Of a stretch of DNA of 64,000 bases, positions 57,482 to 64,000 are shown in pieces. Under the pieces are notes generated by a model that saw nothing but the letters and a program-made list of their open reading frames with translations, was not told the DNA's origin and ran no database searches. The stretch is from an uncultured Ignavibacteria bacterium. GTDB lineage: Bacteria > Bacteroidota > Ignavibacteria > Ignavibacteriales > Melioribacteraceae. The position numbers and the translations under genes were made by a program. Each line of letters begins with the position of its first letter. Position 1 is the stretch's first letter. Location of the stretch: the NCBI GenBank assembly GCA_963751695.1, contig CAVVVP010000001.1, positions 58,470 through 122,469 on the forward strand. Reading direction: 5' to 3'.

Positions 57482-57720
57482 GATTAACCTTTTGCTATTG
57501 GAATAGTAATCTGTATTTAGATTAGAAGAATATTAAATTTCAGATGATTTTCAAAACGATTTTGTTACTGGATTTTAACAATTGCTACGTATTAGGTATA
57601 CGATGCAATTATCTTTGGAGAATTGTTGTGTTTGATATGGGGAAAAGCGCCTATACTAATTAAATTTAATTTCAATAATAGTGAGACTTATTTCTAAGTT
57701 ATTTTTTATATCGTCTTTAG

Positions 57721-58077
57721 TGGAGGTGGCGGGAGTTGAACCCGCGTCCGAGGTTACTGTTCAGAGAACGTCTACACACATAGTCTGTAATTTGATCTTA
57801 TTCAGGTAACTCCCACAAACAAGATTTACCTAAACCAGCTTGATTTAAGTTTCGCGTCATCTACTCAAGCTCTCGAATCGGCTATCGCATCTAAGCGGCG
57901 TTCTTCCAAATCTCAATGCGAGAAGAAGTGGAGAACGAGCTGTGTATTAAATTACGCAGCTAAGGCGTAGTTATTTTCGCCAGTTATTATTATTTTTTTT
58001 CGCCGTTTAACGTGTCTGCGATAACACGGTGCGCGGTTCAAAGCTCATATAACCCCGTCGAAACCAATTTCACCCCC
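57721..58077 (-). ncRNA. ssrA: transfer-messenger RNA (tmRNA, SsrA)
   Basis: Minus-sense 5' GGGGGTGAAATTGGTTTCGACGGGG... and 3' ...GGACGCGGGTTCAACTCCCGCCACCTCCA (tRNA-like acceptor/T arm). Internal tag ORF GGC GAA AAT AAC TAC GCC TTA GCT GCG TAA = (G)ENNYALAA*. Confidence 0.9.
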
Positions 58078-58118
58078 AAAGTAGAAATTCCAAAAGAGAA
58101 AAATTAAATTTCAAAAAT

Positions 58119-58667
58119 TCACTTAGAATTCCATGGGATATCTGGAATTTGGTTGACGTCATTTTCAAAACGTGCAAGAACAAATAATAGATCAGATAAT
58201 CGATTTAAATATATTACAATATTACTATTAATATCATTGTTTTTTGCAAGATGTACAACAAGACGCTCACTTCTTCGACAAACTGATCTTGCAACATGCA
58301 ATAATGAAGCACTTTTTGAACCGCCTGGCAGAATAAATTGTTTCAGCGGTTCAAGCTTCTCTTCATAAAAGTCAATTTGTTTTTCAAGCTGATCAATATG
58401 TTCTTGAAGAATTTCAATCTTTTTATCTCTACTCAATAGAGCAGCTGATGTTGCAAGTTCACCACCAAGAACAAATAAATCATTTTGAATTTTTAGTACT
58501 ATTTCTCTGACACCCTTATCCGTAATCTCAGTTATTGCCAATCCCAATATAGAATTCAATTCATCGGTAGTACCGTATGTTTCAACTTGTAGATTATCCT
58601 TATCTACCCTTTCACCTCCGAACAATGAGGTTTCTCCTCTATCCCCTTTTTTAGTGTAGATCTTCAT
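58119..58667 (-). CDS. ATP:cob(I)alamin adenosyltransferase, PduO/MMAB type
   Basis: MKIYTKKGDRGETSLFGGERV..KD and ...ARSVCRRSER motifs. Confidence 0.85.
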   Translation of the reverse strand: MKIYTKKGDRGETSLFGGERVDKDNLQVETYGTTDELNSILGLAITEITDKGVREIVLKIQNDLFVLGGELATSAALLSRDKKIEILQEHIDQLEKQIDFYEEKLEPLKQFILPGGSKSASLLHVARSVCRRSERLVVHLAKNNDINSNIVIYLNRLSDLLFVLARFENDVNQIPDIPWNSK

Positions 58668-59746
58668 ATTTTAATTGGGAAATCTGTGAGTTTAATATTG
58701 AATTTGTTTGTGCCGTCAGACGCGACTAGTTCGTTTCCATTATATTCAGAATCAATGTACCCCATTGCAATTGTATTTTCCATCATGTTGGGAGACGCAA
58801 GACTAGTCACCATACCGATCTGCACCCCATCAGATGAATGAAGGGTAATATCTGCGTGATTTTCGGATAATTTTTGTTCAAATACTAATCCACATAATCT
58901 ACCAACTGCACTATTATCATAAATAACATTTTTAATCTGCGCGCATCCAATATATCCCCGCTTATCTAAATCAATCTCCTCTTTCAAGTCTGCTTCGGCA
59001 GGTGTGAATTGATCATTAAGTTCATTCGGTACGATAGGAATTCCGCGTTCAATTCTAAAAGCATTATAAGCGGATTCACCTATGAAGTTCAAATTGAAAA
59101 CACTTTTGTTCTTTAACAGATAATTGCAAAAATCATTTGCATATTTTGAATCAACAACAATTATATGTTTAGAAACTTCCCCAACATCAACATATTTAAT
59201 AGAGTGAATAAAATAGTTTTCGATCTGAACTCTAATAATGTTGTGGTTTTGTAATTCATCGAGTTTTTCTCCGGCAATTAATGCCATATAAGAATCAGAT
59301 TCTGGTCCAATAATTTCAAACATGCTATATTCAGCAGAGGCATCACTCAAGGATATATCGTCCTTCTGTACGAATCTTTTTATCCATTTTAAAAGCTTTG
59401 TGCTGTCAGTGCAACCACCCATGAGCAAAAAATAATCTTCGAATTTTAATAGTAAAGTTCTATCAATTATTTTTCCTTCAGTGTTTGTAAAAAGCGTTCT
59501 CTCCCATTCTAATTCGTTTAATTCTCCAAGAGAATTAGTTGCAAGTCGATCAAGAAGATCTAAGCTATTCTTTCCATGTATAAACAGTTTTTGATAAAAA
59601 GATATGTCTCTCACTCCAACACCATGAAGTAAAGACTCATACTCATCTTCAGCAGATGTGTAGAAATTAACTCCCCCATGTTCGTTCAATTGAAGATCAT
59701 TGTAAGTATCTTTTAGAATTGATAAAAGTGTTTTACTCTCTTCCAT
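58664..59746 (-). CDS. GcvT/YgfZ-family folate-binding (aminomethyltransferase-like) protein
   Basis: GVRDISFYQKLFIHGKNSLDLLDRLATN and AYNAFRIERGIPIVPNEL...TPAEADL resemble GcvT-family motifs. Confidence 0.6.
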   Translation of the reverse strand: MEESKTLLSILKDTYNDLQLNEHGGVNFYTSAEDEYESLLHGVGVRDISFYQKLFIHGKNSLDLLDRLATNSLGELNELEWERTLFTNTEGKIIDRTLLLKFEDYFLLMGGCTDSTKLLKWIKRFVQKDDISLSDASAEYSMFEIIGPESDSYMALIAGEKLDELQNHNIIRVQIENYFIHSIKYVDVGEVSKHIIVVDSKYANDFCNYLLKNKSVFNLNFIGESAYNAFRIERGIPIVPNELNDQFTPAEADLKEEIDLDKRGYIGCAQIKNVIYDNSAVGRLCGLVFEQKLSENHADITLHSSDGVQIGMVTSLASPNMMENTIAMGYIDSEYNGNELVASDGTNKFNIKLTDFPIKI

Positions 59747-59755
59747 ACTACTCCA

Positions 59756-60595
59756 TTAATATTTTCTAAACCAATTTTTATTCATATTTGTTACATAAAG
59801 TTTTTTATTTGAATTCCAATAAAAAGGAATTGAATCTCTTATGCTAATTTTATTTCGCTTTCTTGAAAATCTATATTCATAATAATCGGGAAAAAGATTT
59901 TTGTCATTATCAGCAAGAGTGCGTTTGTGACCAATCCCTTCGTACGTTTCAATCAAATGAGGTTGAATGTCAATTCCATCAGTAAAGAAATAATTATAGT
60001 TTCTGCTTCCAGAAATTATTCCATCACTAAACTTTAACTCAACATATTCAATGTTGTAGGGTTTCCATCTCTTTAATTTCATAGAGGCAAACCCACCTTG
60101 AGAAGGTACAAACTTTTCCCAAACTTTTATAAACGAACCATTCTTACTACATTCAAATAGAGTAAGATTAAATAAAGCCGTGCCTAATTTAGTACTATCA
60201 AAGTTAATAAAACTAGCTTCATATCCTACTAGATTGTTGGGTTCAACTAATCTTTCGCACTCTTTAGATTCGACAATAACTGCAAGAACATGCTGAAATC
60301 TATTGCACTTATCTTTGTGGTAAATCACAGCCTTCGTCGGAACATCATAAATTGACTTTCTGTTAAGAAACATGAGATGACTACCGGGAGAATAATTATC
60401 AATTATAAATTCTTCCAAGGCGAGTGTATCACATTCTTTATTGCTTTCAACTCTGCTCTTTGCAATCTCCAGATTTCGCTTTTTAATGGACCTTTCCTTT
60501 GCAGCTTCAATTTCTGCATTAGTACTTAAGGCATCGTCTGATCCACATCCGACAATTAGTAATCCCAATAAAGCTGTTAAAAAATATTTTTTCAA
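59756..60595 (-). CDS. hypothetical lipoprotein
   Basis: Lipobox LIVGC. No family recognised. Confidence 0.4.
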   Translation of the reverse strand: MKKYFLTALLGLLIVGCGSDDALSTNAEIEAAKERSIKKRNLEIAKSRVESNKECDTLALEEFIIDNYSPGSHLMFLNRKSIYDVPTKAVIYHKDKCNRFQHVLAVIVESKECERLVEPNNLVGYEASFINFDSTKLGTALFNLTLFECSKNGSFIKVWEKFVPSQGGFASMKLKRWKPYNIEYVELKFSDGIISGSRNYNYFFTDGIDIQPHLIETYEGIGHKRTLADNDKNLFPDYYEYRFSRKRNKISIRDSIPFYWNSNKKLYVTNMNKNWFRKY

Positions 60596-60628
60596 TCTCT
60601 ATCTATATTTGTAAACTATTAAGAATAA

Positions 60629-62005
60629 TTATTTTGCAAATTCTTCCAGAAAATAGACTGAACTCAACATTCCAAGTTCAAAATTCTTAAGATCAAAATG
60701 TTCATTTGGTGAATGAATATTGTCTGTTTCTAATCCTAGTCCCATCAAGACAACAGGAGCTTTCAATTGATTTGCGAATTCAATAACAATTGGAATTGAG
60801 CCTCCTTCTCTAGTAAATACAGCCTTGCCTCCAAATGCTTTTGAAACAGCTTTTGAAGCTGCCTTAATTGCTTTATCATCCAACGACATTACTATGGGAA
60901 GTCCTCCATGAAGGTCTTTAACCTTTACTTTTACACTTTTAGGAGCAATAGATTTTACGTGTTTCTCAAATAGCTTGGTAATTGTTTTAGGATCTTGATT
61001 CGGAACAAGCCTCATGCTTATCTTTGCACTTGCTTTTGAAGGTAAGACTGTCTTAGCTCCTTCTTCCGTAAATCCTCCTATAATTCCGTTACAGTCAAGT
61101 GTCGGCCTTCCAGAAAGTCGTTCGAGAGTGGAGTAACCCTTCTCCCCTTGCAGAGCACTGACTTCATACTCTTTCATTAACTCTCTATCAGAGTATTTCA
61201 ATTTTTTATAATTAGATCTTTCTTCAACCGAAAGTCTTTTCACATCCTTATAAAAACCAGGTATAGTAATCTTACCATCGCTGTTCTGCAACTTTGAAAT
61301 AATCTTGGCAAGTTCATTTATTGGATTGGCAATTCCTCCACCAAAACTACCAGAATGAAGATCTCTATTTGGTCCAGTAACTTCTATCTCCATATAGCAC
61401 AAACCTCTAAGTCCATAGTTGATCGTAGGAATTCCAGGTCCATACATAGATGTATCAGATATCAACACCGTATCACATTTCAATAATTTTTTATTCTGCT
61501 TTAAGAATTTTTCTAAATTCTCGCTTCCAATTTCTTCTTCACCCTCAATTAAAAATTTTACATTTACTGGAAGTTTTCCTGAAGTTTTAAGATAAGCTTC
61601 AACGCTTTTAATATGCACAAAATTCTGGCCTTTATTATCGTCAGCACCTCTTGCCCAAATCTTGCCTTTTTTAATAATTGGTTCAAATGGCGGGCTTTTC
61701 CAAAGCTCTATTGGATCAACAGGCTGCACATCATAATGTCCATAAATTAAAACTGTTGGTTTTCCTGGGGCTCCCATCCATTCGGCATATACAAGAGGAT
61801 GACCTTTCGTTTGAATGATCTGAACTTTTTTCATCCCAGCTTTTTTTAGACTATCTGCGACAAATTTGCTACATTTTTTAACATCCGGCACACTGCTTTT
61901 TAGTGTGCTAATACTTGGGATTCGAAGATAATCTTTGAGTTCTTCAATATACTTTTTCTTGTTCTTTTTAATATACTTAACAGCTTGTTCCATATTCATC
62001 TCCAT
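60629..62005 (-). CDS. M20-family dipeptidase
   Basis: VLIYGHYDVQP, ARGADDNKGQ and LIEGEEEIGS, the metal-ligand motifs of M20 peptidases. Confidence 0.85.
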   Translation of the reverse strand: MEMNMEQAVKYIKKNKKKYIEELKDYLRIPSISTLKSSVPDVKKCSKFVADSLKKAGMKKVQIIQTKGHPLVYAEWMGAPGKPTVLIYGHYDVQPVDPIELWKSPPFEPIIKKGKIWARGADDNKGQNFVHIKSVEAYLKTSGKLPVNVKFLIEGEEEIGSENLEKFLKQNKKLLKCDTVLISDTSMYGPGIPTINYGLRGLCYMEIEVTGPNRDLHSGSFGGGIANPINELAKIISKLQNSDGKITIPGFYKDVKRLSVEERSNYKKLKYSDRELMKEYEVSALQGEKGYSTLERLSGRPTLDCNGIIGGFTEEGAKTVLPSKASAKISMRLVPNQDPKTITKLFEKHVKSIAPKSVKVKVKDLHGGLPIVMSLDDKAIKAASKAVSKAFGGKAVFTREGGSIPIVIEFANQLKAPVVLMGLGLETDNIHSPNEHFDLKNFELGMLSSVYFLEEFAK

Positions 62006-62171
62006 CTTAGACTATTTTATTAGTAATTATAAAGTTAAGGTTTCTATTTGCTCATATCAAGATGTTTAATCGGTTAATCAAATCCTTATAGAATTGAATT
62101 TTATAATTTTCAATTAATGCTTAACTTTAGTAATTAATTATCAACAAAATTAAACTCATAGAAAAAACAAC

Positions 62172-63548
62172 TTGATCGTCTTCAGATACATATTATCTGC
62201 TCACTTTATGCCATTCATATTTTCAGTATTTACACTGATGTCTGTTTTTCTTCTACAGTTCTTTATTAAGTTTGCTGACAAGCTGATCGGAAAAGGATTA
62301 GAAACAATCATAATAGTAAAACTTGTAGTCTATAATCTTGCATGGATGCTAGTTCTGGTTGTTCCGATGTCAGTTTTAGTATGTACATTAATGGCTTTTG
62401 GAAGCATGGCCCAAAATAATGAGATTGCAGTGCTTAAAGCATCTGGCACAAGTTTATATAAAATGATGCTCCCACCTTTCCTGGGCAGTATTTTTATTGC
62501 CGGACTTTTGATTTTATTTAACAACCATGTTTATCCAGATGCAAATCATGGAGCAAGGGTTTTAGCTTATGATATTACAAGGAAAAAACCTACTCTTTCG
62601 TTAGTACCAGGTGTTTTCTCACAGGAGATTCCGGGTAAATCAATATTGGCTCGAGCAATTGATAAAAATTCGAATGAGATGAAAGAACTCACGATCTTTG
62701 ATAAGTCTGATCCTAAGAGTGTGAATATTGTAACAGCAAAAAGAGGAAATCTCTATTTCTCAAAAAACCTGGCAAACTTAGTTCTCGATCTATATGAGGG
62801 TGAAATTCATACATCCAATATTTATGAGGAAAAGGATTATAGAAAAGTTCTTTTTAGTAGGCATAAGATAGTGATGGATGCAGGTGAGTTTTCGTTCAGC
62901 CAATCCTCAAGTGGTTCAATGAGAAGAGGCGATCGGGAGTTAGGGGCTCCTGCTTTGATAAGTAAAGCTGATAGCCTACAAATTCTTCAAACAAAGTATC
63001 AGGGTGAACTTGATGAAAAACTCATTACTAACTTCACTCCCAAATTAGAAAAAAGCAATATTATAACTGAGCGATTTCAAAGATCAAAAAAATACATTTA
63101 TCTGAAAGCTGGTGATAAAATTAAAGCTGCAAAAGGGAGTATTCGTTCAAGTACACGACGACTTCAATACAATAAGGAAAAAATCAATAATTATTGGGTT
63201 GAAATACATAAAAAATACTCAATACCGGTAGCTTGCATTTTGTTTATACTAATAGGGGCCCCACTTGGTACTATGACTCGGAAAGGAGGGTTTGGAGTTG
63301 CTGCTGGAATAAGTTTGATTTTCTTTCTTATGTATTGGGCGTTCTTGATTGGTGGAGAAAAGCTATCAGATAGAGGTATGTTATCTCCTTTCTGGGGTAC
63401 TTGGAGTGCAAATGTGGCACTTCTTTTAATGGGCTCATACCTTACATATAAGAGTGCCAAAGAAAGAGTGACCATCAATTTCAGTTTCTTCCAAAATTTT
63501 ATACCTAAAAGTCTTAGGATTAAGAAGGAAGAAGATGAAAATAGTTGA
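62172..63548 (+). CDS. LptF/LptG-family (YjgP/YjgQ) LPS export permease
   Basis: N-terminal 3 TM helices, a large periplasmic beta-jellyroll-like segment and 3 C-terminal TM helices. Paired with a second such gene. Confidence 0.75.
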   Translation: MIVFRYILSAHFMPFIFSVFTLMSVFLLQFFIKFADKLIGKGLETIIIVKLVVYNLAWMLVLVVPMSVLVCTLMAFGSMAQNNEIAVLKASGTSLYKMMLPPFLGSIFIAGLLILFNNHVYPDANHGARVLAYDITRKKPTLSLVPGVFSQEIPGKSILARAIDKNSNEMKELTIFDKSDPKSVNIVTAKRGNLYFSKNLANLVLDLYEGEIHTSNIYEEKDYRKVLFSRHKIVMDAGEFSFSQSSSGSMRRGDRELGAPALISKADSLQILQTKYQGELDEKLITNFTPKLEKSNIITERFQRSKKYIYLKAGDKIKAAKGSIRSSTRRLQYNKEKINNYWVEIHKKYSIPVACILFILIGAPLGTMTRKGGFGVAAGISLIFFLMYWAFLIGGEKLSDRGMLSPFWGTWSANVALLLMGSYLTYKSAKERVTINFSFFQNFIPKSLRIKKEEDENS

Positions 63549-64000
63549 TCGCTATCTGATAAAACAATACCTTATTACGATTCTATTTGCGCTGCTAACA
63601 TTCTTATCTGTTTTCATTATTGTCGATTTGATGGAACATATTGACGAATTTATAGATTACGATGTGCCTCTTCCAATTATCTTCAAGTATTATACAGTTT
63701 TTTTACCTCAAATGATAAGGTATATGACGCCTATTTCTGTTCTATTAGCGGCACTTTTTGTAACAGGAAAATTATCTGACTTAAATGAATTAACTGCGTT
63801 AAAGTCCAGCGGTGTAAGCCTGTATAGGTATATGACGCCTTTTATAATTACAACATTATTGATAAGTCTATTTGGAGTTTATTTTGGGGGATACATTGCT
63901 CCTCAGTCCAATAAAATAAAGGTGAACATCGAAAGAGAATACATGGATTGGGGAACAATCCAAAGCGGGCATAACATATTTTTCCAGGACAGTAAAACGA
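63535..64000 (+). CDS. LptF/LptG-family permease, N-terminal part (runs off the right edge)
   Basis: ATG at 63535 overlaps the upstream stop. My translation is MKIVDRYLIKQYLITILFALLTFLSVFIIVDLMEHIDEFIDYDVP..., the typical YjgP/YjgQ N-terminus. Confidence 0.75.
   Translation, partial: MKIVDRYLIKQYLITILFALLTFLSVFIIVDLMEHIDEFIDYDVPLPIIFKYYTVFLPQMIRYMTPISVLLAALFVTGKLSDLNELTALKSSGVSLYRYMTPFIITTLLISLFGVYFGGYIAPQSNKIKVNIEREYMDWGTIQSGHNIFFQDSKT

Noticed and set aside
57482-57720. CGTAT-taggt-ATACG inverted repeat upstream of araB, considered as a second operator for the Nudix-type regulator
   Set aside because: It has only 5-bp arms and no resemblance to the 50290-50331 repeats, so it is compatible with chance in AT-rich DNA.
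48062-58077. Genomic island integrated at the ssrA 3' end carrying the ara/xyl genes
   Set aside because: No integrase, excisionase, transposase or other mobility gene lies in or next to the block. I did not find a direct repeat of the tmRNA 3' end. Composition looks the same as the rest of the window by eye. Adjacency to ssrA alone is insufficient.

Overview
AT-rich (about one-third G+C by eye), densely coding bacterial chromosomal window. Several signatures point to the Bacteroidota/Chlorobiota/Ignavibacteriota (FCB) group, possibly an Ignavibacteria-like organism; this is inference only. They are a tmRNA tag ending ENNYALAA, a eukaryote-type PTPS next to a sepiapterin-reductase-like SDR, an NrtR/AraR-type pentose regulator, ExbB/ExbD/TonB, a TonB-dependent receptor and many TPR proteins. 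I can support about 70 protein genes, 2 tRNAs (Leu-GAG, Gln-CUG) and one tmRNA. Housekeeping content: argS (partial), rsfS, mazG, phoH, radC, guaA, gcvH, accC, accB, efp, dapF, exbB/exbD/tonB, an ECF sigma module, folE plus PTPS plus SDR (pterin pathway), bcp, dodecin, a Fur-family regulator, prfC, araBAD, a PduO-type adenosyltransferase, an M20 dipeptidase and lptF/lptG. I saw no CRISPR array, transposase, integrase or recognisable defence system. Points worth a second look: (1) an uncharacterised accessory cluster at 41.2-48.1 kb with three ATP-grasp ligases (a tandem paralogue pair plus a TupA-like enzyme), flanked by a cyclase-family hydrolase, an SDR, a GNAT and an amino-acid permease; (2) a sharply bounded 5.5-kb block (48.06-53.56 kb: xylB, Nudix-type regulator, xylA, Na+/sugar symporter) riddled with small indels, while the adjacent araA/araD/araB are intact; (3) further isolated indel anomalies, namely a compensated double frameshift that erases the conserved GERDCS motif of accC, and single frameshifts in gcvH and the Fur-family gene; (4) a PerR-box-like 21-bp perfect palindrome between the Fur-family gene and a divergent dodecin-bcp-pterin operon; (5) an HU-like/SPOR fusion protein inside a TonB-porin-TPR envelope cluster. 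Family assignments come from motif recognition by eye, not from database searches.
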